From an uncultured Acidobacteriota bacterium (GTDB lineage Bacteria > Acidobacteriota > Terriglobia > UBA7540): DNA of 64,000 nt. The notes under the pieces are model-generated. The model was not told the origin of the DNA. It saw only the letters and a program-made list of their open reading frames with translations, and made no database searches. Position 1 is the first letter of the stretch. Each line of letters starts with the position of its first letter. The stretch spans positions 94,907 through 158,906 of the forward strand of contig CAWDSK010000008.1 of NCBI GenBank assembly GCA_963804995.1. The letters are read 5' to 3'. Shown here one piece after another: positions 1-10,301 of this stretch. Position numbers and translations under genes: made by a program.

Positions 1-162
1 ATCTGCGGCGAACACGGCGGCGATCCCTCGTCCATCGAGGTTTGCGCCGAGGCGGGTTTGAATTACGTAAGCTGCTCGCCTTACCGCGTGCCGATCGCAC
101 GGCTCGCGGCCGCCCAAGCCGCCGTGAAGAAACAGATGGGGAAGGCTTACACCACGGCTTAA
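1..162 (+). CDS. ppdK: Pyruvate phosphate dikinase, C-terminal end (partial)
   Basis: Frame 1 reads [41 protein letters not shown]...TA*, the conserved PPDK C-terminus. Confidence 0.95.
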   Translation: MCGEHGGDPSSIEVCAEAGLNYVSCSPYRVPIARLAAAQAAVKKQMGKAYTTA

Positions 163-248
163 GCGGGTTCTAGGTGCTGGGGGCTGGGGACTGGCTCCAG
201 CCCTCCCCTCTTCGGTGTTTCGAGTAGGGCAGGTGAGCGCCATCCAGA

Positions 249-266
249 CTTAAAGTAATACTTTAA
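249..266. promoter_or_regulatory. AT-rich palindrome CTTAAAGTAATACTTTAA (copy 1)
   Basis: Inverted repeat around a central A; identical 18-mer recurs at 2386; function inferred. Confidence 0.5.
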
Positions 267-276
267 CTGTTTCTCT

Positions 277-316
277 AAGGCCACGGACTCTACGGAGGTT
301 CGTGGCCTTTTCTTTT
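277..316 (+). terminator. Rho-independent terminator downstream of ppdK
   Basis: AAGGCCACGGA...TTCGTGGCCTT stem followed by TTCTTTT. Confidence 0.7.
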
Positions 317-327
317 GCCGATTACTC

Positions 328-398
328 ACCGCAGAGACGCAGAGGCGAAGAGGTTTGAATGTGTAAATATCTTCTCTGCGTCTCAGCGTCTCCGCGGT
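328..398. repeat. Inverted short-period repeat hairpin (ACCGCAGAGACGCAGAG...CTCTGCGTCTCAGCGTCTCCGCGGT), no ORF inside
   Basis: Two arms of about 8-nt GCAGAGAC units in inverted orientation around an AT-rich spacer. Confidence 0.75.
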
Positions 399-545
399 AG
401 GAAGGGTAAGTCTGATTGCTCCCCCGGTCCCCGTGTCGACGCGTCGACATAGTACTGACGGGTCGCTGGCACTGCTCCTCCTCCCTTGCCGTTTCAAAAT
501 TGGTTTCCCCGCTTCGCTGCTTTGGGTTATCCTAACCCCGCCAAC

Positions 546-2390
546 ATGAACATTGATCCGGGCGCCACAAGTCCACAACCCCGCGCCGACAATTCCGGCT
601 GGATCCGCCAGATGCCACTCGTGGGTGTGGCCGCCGTGACGGTCCTTACTTATGCCGCCACGCTGGGCTTCGGTTTTGTTTTTGACGATCACGGTCTCAT
701 TGAAAACAACGGCGCCCTTCGTTCCTGGAGATATTTTCCCAGCTACTTTACGTCCCACATTTGGAGTTTTCGCTACCCGCACTTGCTGGCCAATTACTAC
801 CGGCCCTTCTTTCTGACCTGGCTGCGGGTGAACTATATTTTGTTTGGGCTTCGCCCGTGGGGCTGGCACCTTACTTCCGTCCTGACCCATGTGGCCGTGA
901 CCTGCCTGGTGTATTGGCTGGTCGTCCGGCTTGCCCGGGATGGCTGGGTCGCGGGCGTAGCGGCATTAGTCTTCGCTCTTCACCCTGTGCAAGCTGAGGC
1001 AGTTTCCGACATCACTTCGGTGCAAGAACCGCTCTCCACGTTTTTCCTGCTAGCCGGCGTTCTGGCCTGGCTGCACATGCGCGAACCGGCGCGGCAGAGA
1101 ACCAGCCTGGCCTGCGCCTTGGCCTGTTATGCAGGCGCACTGCTGTCAAAGGAAAGCGGGCTCATGTTTCTTCCCCTGTTGGCGGTCCTGGAAGGAACCC
1201 TCCCGGCTCCGGGTAGCAGCACGCGAACGGTCCCCCAGCGGGTCCGCGATTTTCTGGCCGCGGTCATCCCTTTTCTGGGAATCACGCTCCTCTACATCGC
1301 ACTTCGGATTTGGGCGCTCAAAGGTTTTGCGCACACCGTCACTCCGGTGGCCCTCCGGACCGAAATATTTACGATTCCCTCCGTCCTGCTGTTTTATAGT
1401 CGAATGCTCGTGTGGCCCCTGGATCTGGCCTGCTACTACGACACACCCTATATTTCTACGCCGTCTCTGGGAGGCTTTGTGCTCCCGGGCGCGATGGTTC
1501 TGGGGGTAATTGCCGCCCTGGGATTCTGGTATGCCAGGACCCGCCGGCACGCACCGGGGGAAGCGCGGCTCGTTGCCTTTGCCACGCTGTGGATGGCCGT
1601 AGCCATCGTGCCCGTCCTGAACTTTCGGCTGTTGCCAGAGGGCGAGATTGCGCATGACCGTTATCTCTATCTTCCCCTGTTGGGGGTTGCCCTATGGGTG
1701 GGCTTGGGATTGCGACAGGCAAGCCGCCTGGGGGCGCGTTTCCAGCGGCGGCCGATTTGGGGGCTTGCCGGAGTGGTGCTGCTCGCGCTGCTCCTGGGTT
1801 TCGCGGCCCTCCGGCAGAGTCTCTATTGGTCAGACGACCTCACGCTGAACTACCGCGCCCATTTGATTGCTCCTCGCAATGTTTATGCCACCACCAGTCT
1901 TGCGGCTGCCGCGGCGCAAGTGGGAAAGGTGGAAGCGGCCATGGCGCTCTACCAACAGGCATTGGCGGCTCGGCCGGACTTCTGGCGAGCCAATGTCAAC
2001 CTGGCCTACATTTATTACGCGCATGGAAACTTTCAGGAAGCCTCTGGCTACTTTCAGCGTGCCTGCGCGGCAGACCCCACGGACGGGGATCAGTTCCTCT
2101 ATTTGGGTATGTCCCTGCTTCGAGTGGGTCAACCCGGGGAGGCGGAGAAGGCGGTCCGCACCGCACTGCTGGTCAGGCCAAACGGAGTAAACTACCATCT
2201 CGGTTTGGGGATGGTCCTGATGCAGGAGGGTAAGCTCGAAGAGGCGCGGCAGGAATTGGAAAAGGATCTCGCGGCAGACCCGCACAATGCCCAAGCGGAA
2301 GCCCTGCTAGGGCAAGTGACTCAGCAACTGGAAAATTCTCACCAGACGCTAACTTCCGGGCCTTCCGCCGCAAGCCCGGCACAGCCTTAA
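546..2390 (+). CDS. TMTC-like GT-C membrane glycosyltransferase with C-terminal TPRs (paralog 1)
   Basis: FVFDD first-loop motif, YYRP, LHP, SKE, DRYLYLP, many TM segments, then TPR repeats; start taken at ATG 546. Confidence 0.8.
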   Translation: MNIDPGATSPQPRADNSGWIRQMPLVGVAAVTVLTYAATLGFGFVFDDHGLIENNGALRSWRYFPSYFTSHIWSFRYPHLLANYYRPFFLTWLRVNYILFGLRPWGWHLTSVLTHVAVTCLVYWLVVRLARDGWVAGVAALVFALHPVQAEAVSDITSVQEPLSTFFLLAGVLAWLHMREPARQRTSLACALACYAGALLSKESGLMFLPLLAVLEGTLPAPGSSTRTVPQRVRDFLAAVIPFLGITLLYIALRIWALKGFAHTVTPVALRTEIFTIPSVLLFYSRMLVWPLDLACYYDTPYISTPSLGGFVLPGAMVLGVIAALGFWYARTRRHAPGEARLVAFATLWMAVAIVPVLNFRLLPEGEIAHDRYLYLPLLGVALWVGLGLRQASRLGARFQRRPIWGLAGVVLLALLLGFAALRQSLYWSDDLTLNYRAHLIAPRNVYATTSLAAAAAQVGKVEAAMALYQQALAARPDFWRANVNLAYIYYAHGNFQEASGYFQRACAADPTDGDQFLYLGMSLLRVGQPGEAEKAVRTALLVRPNGVNYHLGLGMVLMQEGKLEEARQELEKDLAADPHNAQAEALLGQVTQQLENSHQTLTSGPSAASPAQP

Positions 2391-2404
2391 AGTAATACTT
2401 TAAG
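2386..2404. promoter_or_regulatory. Perfect 9-1-9 palindrome CTTAAAGTA-A-TACTTTAAG (copy 2)
   Basis: Overlaps the stop of the upstream gene and lies about 45 nt before the next probable start. Confidence 0.55.
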
Positions 2405-2449
2405 TTAAGCGTGCAAAGAATTGAATTAAGGTCAGAAGGAGTCGGCGCC

Positions 2450-4093
2450 TTGAAGAAATCTCTTTTCGATCACTGGCCGCTTTATGCGTCAGTTCTTCTG
2501 TTCTTGGTGATCCTCTACATCGTCCTGGACGTGTCCGTCAGCCACAACCACGGCTATTTGGTGTATGCCGGCGATGACGCTTACATCGGGATGGCAGTGG
2601 CCAGGGATTTCTCGCAATTCGGGGTTTGGGGAGTGACGCGTTACGGATTCACCTCCCTGTCTTCAACCCTTCTTTGGACGCTTCTTTTGAGTTTGACTTA
2701 TTACCTGGGAGGAGTTAATCAGATCGCGCCGCTCGTGTGGAATCTCGTCTTTGCCTTTCTGGTTTTGCTCGTTTCCTACGTCATACTTTCCCGCTACAAG
2801 GTTGCGGCCGGAGCGAAATTTGCGGCTCTCCTGGGCCTCATCCTGTTGCTCCCCTTGCCCTCTCTGGTTCTCATGGGGATGGAGCACACCCTGCAAACCT
2901 TGCTCGCGCTCCTCACGATATTCCTGGGGGCGCGGCTGCTCTCCCAGGAATCACCCGGCAGCGCCCGGCGTGATACGGTTCTGCTTCTCATCCTGGCGCC
3001 GCTGGTCACCAGCACGCGCTTTGAAGGAATGTTCCTGATTGCCGCCCTCAGCGGCCTTTCCCTCCTGTTCAAGCGTTGGCGTTTTGCCCTGGGGTTTGCC
3101 CTGTGCGGATTTCTCCCCATTGTTGTGCATGGGATCATTTCGGTGTCGCACGGGTGGTTCTGGTTTCCGACCTCGCTGCTGCAGAAGGCATCGTTACCGC
3201 ATTCCGCCTCTGCCGCGGATTTCTTTCTTTCCCTGGTCAATCCCATCTTCATCAACTTCCGTTCGGCTCTCCATACGCTGGTCCTCGTCGTGGCGGTTCT
3301 CCTGGCTTACATCCTGGCCAGCGGGAAGGGAAGCCGCCCCACGGAAAGCCGGCAACTCTTCGGCGCCGTCGTGGTTTTACTCTGGCTGGCCCACTTCGAG
3401 TTTGTGGGGTCCTCCCCCATGTACCGCTACGATGCGTATCTGTGTGCGTTAAGCATCGTCTACCTGGCCATGCAGGTTCCCGTCATCGCCGCCCAATTGC
3501 CGCGCGTGTTGGCGTTATCCACGTGGGCGAATTCCAGGAACCTCGCTTGCGTTTTACTGGCTCTGGTGCTTTTCTTCCCACTGGCCGTCAAGGGCAGCCG
3601 GCTCCTCTGGTTTCTGCCCCAGTGCACGATGAATACCTTTGAGCAGCAGTACCAGATGGGACTGTTCGTCCGCCAGTTTTACCAAGGCGCCGTGGTGGGG
3701 CTCAACGATATCGGGGCGGTCAATTTCCTGGCGGATATTCATTGCCTGGATTTATATGGACTGGCCGAACCGGAGATTACCGCAGCGATGCGGAACCATA
3801 CCTATCAAGCCCAAGACATCCAGCGCCTGGCAAATCAAAAGGGGGCGCGCATCGCCATCATCTATGACACCTGGTTCATGGGCGTAGTGCCGCCGGAATG
3901 GGTGCGGGTGGGCACCTGGACGATTCAGAACAACATCATCAACGGCAATGAGACGGTTTCCTTCTACGCCGTGGAGCGTGAGGAGGCAGCGCGCTTGAGT
4001 GAATCCCTGCTGGAATTCGCCCCGATGCTCCCTCCCGACGTGATCCAGCAAGGCGCATATCTAATGCAAGAGCAGCCCCTGGCCCGACCTTGA
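2450..4093 (+). CDS. GT-C fold polytopic membrane glycosyltransferase-like protein (DDAYI type)
   Basis: GDDAYI after TM1, GME, RFEG, about 12 TM segments, soluble C-terminal domain; AAGGAG RBS before TTG 2450. Confidence 0.7.
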   Translation: MKKSLFDHWPLYASVLLFLVILYIVLDVSVSHNHGYLVYAGDDAYIGMAVARDFSQFGVWGVTRYGFTSLSSTLLWTLLLSLTYYLGGVNQIAPLVWNLVFAFLVLLVSYVILSRYKVAAGAKFAALLGLILLLPLPSLVLMGMEHTLQTLLALLTIFLGARLLSQESPGSARRDTVLLLILAPLVTSTRFEGMFLIAALSGLSLLFKRWRFALGFALCGFLPIVVHGIISVSHGWFWFPTSLLQKASLPHSASAADFFLSLVNPIFINFRSALHTLVLVVAVLLAYILASGKGSRPTESRQLFGAVVVLLWLAHFEFVGSSPMYRYDAYLCALSIVYLAMQVPVIAAQLPRVLALSTWANSRNLACVLLALVLFFPLAVKGSRLLWFLPQCTMNTFEQQYQMGLFVRQFYQGAVVGLNDIGAVNFLADIHCLDLYGLAEPEITAAMRNHTYQAQDIQRLANQKGARIAIIYDTWFMGVVPPEWVRVGTWTIQNNIINGNETVSFYAVEREEAARLSESLLEFAPMLPPDVIQQGAYLMQEQPLARP

Positions 4094-4260
4094 CTCCGGT
4101 CTGGAGCGTAGGAAATTGGTCCGCTTGACGGGTTCCAACCTTCAGGGGGCTGGCGCAGGGCGAGCTCAGCCCTGCGATTCACCATGCCTGGTGATATTCC
4201 TCCGATCTAAGAAACAAGCTTGCGATTCTATGATCGAAACGATTCCTCCGCCGCGGCGTT

Positions 4261-4317
4261 GGACCTGGTGACTTGATTTGCACTAATTCGCAGAGCTGGG
4301 CTCGCTCTGCGCCAACC
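4261..4317 (+). repeat. 57-bp direct repeat with CGCAGA-N-CTGCG hairpin (copy A; copy B at 4701-4757)
   Basis: 49/57 identical to 4701-4757; hairpin core also inverted at about 4148-4180 and 34421-34458. Confidence 0.85.
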
Positions 4318-4339
4318 AGCCTACACAGGACGCGGCGGT

Positions 4340-4684
4340 TCAGGCGGCGCTGCGGCGGAATACGGGATGGGCTTGGTGAATCTGCGGGTGCGCGGCGGCG
4401 GTTTTCCTGAAAACAAAAACGAGTTTGCCGGGCTCGGGGGCGTCTTCGAGGTCGAGTTCGAGGCCGCAGTCATTTACGAAGTGGTCGCGAATGGCTTGGG
4501 CGGCGCTGAGCGTGAAGGCTTCCCGATAAATTAAGCCGTCACCCAGATCCGCTACGAGGTGGTTTTGGAAAAATGGTCCGCGCGGGTCTTTGGCCGTGCC
4601 CACACACCATTCGCCCCAGCCTCCCCCGAATTTCTGAATGTGTTCCTGGATGTCCGTAATAATGTCAGCGCGATTGCTGGGCAT
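4340..4684 (-). CDS. Small hypothetical protein, degenerate GIY-YIG-like
   Basis: 114 aa, GGGAGG RBS; WCVGTAKDP...H...IYREA...A pattern resembles WYVGIT.DP.RRL...H small proteins (from recall). Confidence 0.55.
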   Translation of the reverse strand: MPSNRADIITDIQEHIQKFGGGWGEWCVGTAKDPRGPFFQNHLVADLGDGLIYREAFTLSAAQAIRDHFVNDCGLELDLEDAPEPGKLVFVFRKTAAAHPQIHQAHPVFRRSAA

Positions 4685-4700
4685 GGTTGTTACCCTCCCC

Positions 4701-4757
4701 GGACCGGCTGACTTGATGTGCCCTAAATCGCAGAACTGGGCTCGCCCTGCGCCAGCC
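4701..4757 (+). repeat. 57-bp direct repeat (copy B)
   Basis: Matches 4261-4317 at 440-bp spacing. Confidence 0.85.
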
Positions 4758-4819
4758 GACCGAGAGGCGCCAGCGCGTTCCCCAGCTTACACTTCAATGG
4801 TTTTCTTAGCGCTTTTGGG

Positions 4820-5365
4820 TCAAGCCCCTCGGTCATGGTCCGATGCGTGCTCTTGCCTTGGACATCCCCCCTTGTCCCTGGCATTGATCCGCTTGGCGAG
4901 GGGCTTCAAAAGGAAGAGCGAAGCGCCGGTCAAGAACACGGTCCATACAACGTTTGTGGCGATCTCAAGCAGGGCTGAAGCCGAGTTGGACGGAAAGCCC
5001 AAGTGAGTTATTCCCATCCAGTCGATTAGCATGAACAAGCCGAAAACCACCGGGGCCCCGCATATGACCCGCCTCTTTAGGATTCTCCACATCTCGGCCT
5101 CTGACTTGACGACAGTGCGAGGGGCAATTGGCGTTATTTCCCGTCCTCGCCTGTCGACTCCAGCTCCGCAGACCGGACACGTCCAACCACCCCACATGGC
5201 CTGTCGGAGGGACCGTGGCTCGCGTAAGCTTGGAAGCGGGGTGTTGCATCGCGGGCAAGAAACCGGGTTTAGATTGATTCCCCATTTGTTCTTGGCGGCA
5301 CCGTATGCTACCAACACTGCGCCGACCATCAGCGCGAATAAAAGCACTACCACAAAAATCGCCAT
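4820..5365 (-). CDS. Putative Rhs immunity protein: membrane protein with CxxC...CxxC zinc ribbon
   Basis: Directly downstream of Rhs, GGAGGAG RBS, N-terminal TM, CPRC...CPVC, two further TMs. Confidence 0.6.
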   Translation of the reverse strand: MAIFVVVLLFALMVGAVLVAYGAAKNKWGINLNPVSCPRCNTPLPSLREPRSLRQAMWGGWTCPVCGAGVDRRGREITPIAPRTVVKSEAEMWRILKRRVICGAPVVFGLFMLIDWMGITHLGFPSNSASALLEIATNVVWTVFLTGASLFLLKPLAKRINARDKGGCPRQEHASDHDRGA

Positions 5366-5417
5366 TTCTCCTCCAGACAGGCCCAGCTAGCAGGCTATGG
5401 GACAGCCATTTCTATTA

Positions 5418-8400
5418 CTAATAAACCCCAGAGGCAGAGCAGACACCCGAGGCCGCCGAGCCCCAGATTGCTCCACCAGCCGCGCCAATCGTCCCCCCAG
5501 TCAAACCACCCAAAAGCCCAGCGACCGGGATGGTGAGTTCGTCGCCGACACCCATCCCCAAGACCGTTCCAGACACAACGCCCGCGTATATTCCGGCAGC
5601 TGCCCCCTTCGAAGCACCAAACACAAACCAGTTCCATACATTGTTTGCCGGCGAGCTTCCACAATAGAACGACTTTGCGGCCTGCTTAATCTGCGGCAAC
5701 CGCGGCGTAGACGGACCTAGCGGCGGCAGGGGTGGAAAGCCAGCCGGAAGCGGCAAGGATATGAATGACCCGGAGTCACCTGTGTCTCCGGTCAGCCCAA
5801 GGCCGCCTGTATCCCCGGTCTGAGTCGAAACGGTCCAGAATCCGTCGAAGCCGAACATAACATCGGCGATCGATCCTCCAGGGAGCATGCCGCTTACCCA
5901 GACATCTGTTGCCGGAGTGTAGTACGCCGTTGTCACGGTGGAGTTGGCGGCCCACTGGGCGACTTGGGACTCGAAAATTGCATTTGTCCAGCCATGCGTG
6001 GCGTTGGCCAAGAAACTGCAACCCGGATCCTCAACCTCATCCACGTAGCACGTGACCCCCTGAGTCATGTTTGTGTTCCAGTTGCCTCCTCCCTGTCCCC
6101 AATAGCGATAGGGAATCGGAGGGTCGAGCCCTAGCGGGTCGGTGAGCGTCGTGGGGTTATTCAGCACGTAGGCGTAGCGGTTGAGCGACTGAGGATTGGT
6201 GACATCCCCAGCGAGCGGGTCGGGGCTCATCCAGCGGCCGTAGGTGGGGGAGTACCGGCGGAACTGGGTCTGGTATTGCTCGATGCTGGGGTCTTCGTCC
6301 GGCAGGCTGGCGAAGATTTGGTGCAGTTCGTGGGCGAAGATTTCCGAGGGGTCCTGCCATTTCTGTCCCCAGGGATAGAACAGGGCCTCACTGCCGGTGC
6401 TTCCCGCCCAATTCGTGGCCTGCGAGACCGATCCCAGGGCGTTGGGGTGGTCCAGGTAAGCCCCGATGGTTTCGTAGTCCGCCACCAGGCGCGAGCCCAT
6501 GAAGAGAAACGCGCAGTAGGACGTGCCGCCCCAGTTGGCGCCCACCATCAGCCCGTCCGCGTCGTGCCACCAATTGACCAGGCTCGAGGGAAATTGCCAG
6601 TACACTCGCCACCCCAGCGCATTGTAAGTCATCGCGTTGCCGTCCAGCGTGCTCATGCGCCCCTCGGCATCCCATTGGTAATTGTGCGAGCCGTCGGCCA
6701 GCACATTCCCCGCCGCGTCGTAAGTGAACCCGCTGATCCGATTGCTGGAGGCACTGAAAGTCCAGTTCGGGCAGGGCCCGTTCGTCTGCCCGTTGGTTGA
6801 GCAGCCCATGTTGCCGTAACGGTCGTAAGAGAAATTCAGGTAGTAAGTGCTGTTGCCGGTCGCCTGGCCCAGAGTCAATCGGTTCAGGCTGTCGTAACTG
6901 TACGAGGCGCTGTGGCTCAGTCCGCTGTAAACGTTGTCCAGGTAATAGTAACCCGCCGCGTTGCCGTTGTCGTTGGTCCCCGACGGCCAATTCGCGGGCG
7001 ACTCCGAACAGGCTGAAGCATTCTGCACACCCACGTAATAATTGTACACCCAGCAGTTGAACTGCGCATGGTTCGAGGCGGTGCCCAGCTCGGCCACGGC
7101 CATCTGCAAGCGATTGTTGTATACGTAGGTTTCCTGGATTTGGGTGCAGCCCGACCCCGTACAACCGTTCAGCAGGGTGCTCACTTGCCCGGTCGGCGCG
7201 TAGGTAATGTTCTGGGCGAGATACTGGGGATCAAGGGAGTCCACCAGACTGCTCTCAATGGACGTAATGCGCTGTGCTTCGGAAACGGTGTTGGTAAAAG
7301 TGATATTCGCCGGGTGCGTCCAGCTTGTCACGTCACCCGCCAAGTCGTAATTGTAGGCGGTCTGCCAGATACTCGCGCTGCTGCAGTTGTAGGGCGTGCA
7401 CTGCCAGAAGTTCGTGGGCCGCCCCATGGGGTCGTAACTGTAAACCGCTGCCGTCTGCGGGCTGCTGCACGTTCCGGAATTCGATCCCGTGCAGGCAACT
7501 GTCAAACGACCTAAGGCATTACTGAAGGTGACGCCAGACCAAGCCGGCCACGAACTCGGCGCCCGATCGTAGAAGAAGCTCGCCGGCGGGGTGCTGTCGG
7601 AATAGGTCTTCCCAGTAAGGCGATTCAGCGGGTCGAGGTATGCGTACGTGGTGGTAATGCTGCGCGCGTCGGTCCGGCTACAGGGTGCGTTCGCATCCCC
7701 GCTGCATGGCCCACCTGACGTGTAGTAGGAATAATTCGTTGTGCCGGACTCGGGCGTGGTGGCCTGGGTCAACCGCCCTAGGCCGTCATAGGAGTAACTG
7801 CGGGTTTGGCTGCCTTGGCTGACCCCCGTGAGGTTACCTAGCGGGTTGTAAGAGTATGTGGTCTGGTAATTGAGGTTGTTCGGGTCTTCGAAAGCCTGTG
7901 TGGTCCAGCCCAGCGCGCCCATACATAGCTTACGGCCCTTGCCTCCGGGGTCAGTGACTGTAACGCAGTTGCCGGAATAACTGCTTGATGTTGTCGAGTT
8001 GTCGGGCATGATTACAGCCGTGGGGCGGTTAAGGGCGTCGTAGTTGTATTGGGTCGTTCCGTCGGTGGGGCCGGATGTACTGGAGTGGGGATTGCTCACC
8101 TTCCAAACACGCCCCAAGGCATCGTACGTTGTGTCAACTTCAGAAATGACTGAACCTCCGCTGTCAAGAAGCTTCTGTGTGATTACGCGCCCGAGGCCGT
8201 CGAGAACTGTCTCGTCATGGCGAGTAATGGAACTCGTCAATGCCGTGTATACATCAAGCACGGTGGCCGTATAGTCGATAGTTTTGGATCCGGTATCGGG
8301 ATAGGTCGTTGAAGTTAGCCGCCAGAATGGATCGTTGTACTGAAAAGTGGTTTCCAGGCCGGTGATCTGCCCGTTCGGATCCTTTTCCGAAGTCATCAGC

Positions 8401-10152
8401 CCACCATTACAGTTCCAGGTCATCGATTCAGTCAGAGATGCTGGCAGGCTCACACTCGTCGGGAAGGCGTCGTTGCACGAGCCGCTGGTGTAGTTGTACG
8501 TCGTGGTATTGGTCTTGAAATCTGTGGCGGTCTGGATTGCGCCGTTGCCGAGATAAGTAAAGGACCGGGAAATCGTGGTCATATTAGGCCCAGAGTGACT
8601 CTCGCTCAGGACGTTCCCGTTAGAGTCATAGCCATAGGTGGTTTGAGCGACGAGGTTGCTGGAGCCATCCTCAATTGTCACGGTCAGAGGCCGATCAGCG
8701 ATCACGCCGAGGTTTGTGTCGTAAGCGGTGATGGTTTTACGGATCAAAGTAAGACCATAGTCGTACTCATCGACTTCGGTGGGCAGACTGTTGGAGTTGT
8801 ATTTGGTGACTGTCTGGGACTGCTGACCGGTCGGCAGAGTTTTTAAAACTTGCAACTGGGTGAAGGGCGTGGTTACGTTCGAAGGCTGGACGGAGGGGCA
8901 GGCGGAGCCGTTGTAGCAGGTGTCGATGGTTTCGAGGAGGGTGCCCCCTGTTGTAGTGTAGACTTTTCGTTCCGTCTCGTAGATGCCCTGTGAAGTGCTT
9001 ACGGTATTGACCACAGTCGTGGGCTCGTTGCCCTGTGGATCTTGCGGCGCGGTGATGGTGGTCGTGGAATACGTCGTCCCGGAAACGACGGAGCGCGAAT
9101 AATTCCAGGTGCCATCGGGCGTCTGCCGCGTCAGGCTCGAACACGAAGGGGACCCCACCTCCGTTGCAGTTGAAGCTGCCGTAAGTGTAAGTGATCGTTC
9201 CGCCTGTGGGCAGGGTCACGGATTGAATTCGACCGGTGGTGTCGGCTGGATACCCGGGGGTTGGTTCGTACGTGAACGAGTACGAATGCCCATCGGGCAA
9301 GACAATACTGCTGACGAGGCTTGCTGGGTTCGGCCCGTATTCGCTGGCATTGCATCCGAAGTTGCTTTTGACGTTGTAGGAAGAGTAATTCACGGTAACG
9401 GACTCATTTGTCGACCACCCCGTGTAGGTGTAAACGTCCGGATTAGTGGACGTATATGTGAGCGCCGTAGTACCGAGGGTGTCTGTGACGTTTGATAGAG
9501 TCACTGTGATCTTGTTGCCATTCGGGTCCTTCACGCTCCCTGATCCTTTTATGGGGTAGGGGTAGGCTCCACCGGGTGGCGTGATGACAACCCCGGAGGG
9601 AAGCGTTATCGTCGCAGAAATGCCAACCCCTTGCGTGGTGGCGCTCAAGTAGAGCGCCGATCCGTCCCTGGCCGTAATGCTGCCAGAGCCATGCGACCCG
9701 CCTGTACACTGAGAGGTGTCAGTGAGGCGGAAGCCGGGAAAGGTGTGGACGCCTCCGTCGGGGCTATAAAAAACAAAGTTGCTGTCCGTATAATAGTAGT
9801 TGGTTGTGGGATAGGTGCACTTAGTTTGCGTCTGGCTGTATCCGACGGCTCCCGTGATCGTCTCGCTGCCATTTCGCCAACCCCATTGGCCGACCGGATT
9901 CCAACTTCCCACGTCTTGCCAAATGGAGCTGTCGTAGGTCAGGACTCCATTGAAAGGTAGGCCACGCCCAGCTCTAGAAAAAATTGGGATTTCAAAGTGG
10001 ACGTTCAGATTACCATTGTTAACAGTGTCAAATGGTCCGCTGCTAAAGCTGCCAAAGGGCGGATATCCTGTGCCAACTTGCGCTGAAGCAACCTGAACGA
10101 TGAACAGAATTCCAGTCAGCAGGTAGGCGAACCTCAAAGAAGTACGCGTCAT
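5418..10152 (-). CDS. Rhs/YD-repeat polymorphic toxin with Sec signal peptide (split by one frameshift near 9155)
   Basis: Signal peptide MTRTSLRF...VASA/Q, YD repeats, RRYSPTYGRWMSPDP...NRYAYVLNNP...DPLG core end, about 235-aa C-terminal extension; ORFs 8767-10152 and 5418-9158 join at GGAGGTGGGGTCCCC. Confidence 0.9.
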
Positions 10153-10301
10153 CTTGCACCTCCGCGATGAATATTGGGAAGCATGAGTGCGTTATACGGC
10201 AGGCCACTGGCGACTCCTACGGCTGCACAGCGAAACACATGAGGCAGAGCAACGCCGAAAGAACCCCCCTGAGTACGGGAAAGGGTGAATGCTTTCGGCA
10301 T
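10149..10301 (-). CDS. 50-aa leader ORF translationally coupled to Rhs
   Basis: AGGAGG 5 nt before ATG; MPKAFTLSRT...HRGGAR*; its TGA overlaps the Rhs ATG (ATGA). Confidence 0.5.
   Translation of the reverse strand: MPKAFTLSRTQGGSFGVALPHVFRCAAVGVASGLPYNALMLPNIHRGGAR

Noticed and set aside
180..248. Possible riboswitch or ncRNA between ppdK and the terminator
   Set aside because: Some pairing potential, but I could not match a riboswitch consensus; an Rfam/Infernal scan would be needed
4261..4757. Direct repeats as integron attC sites
   Set aside because: No RYYYAAC/GTTRRRY boxes and no integron integrase
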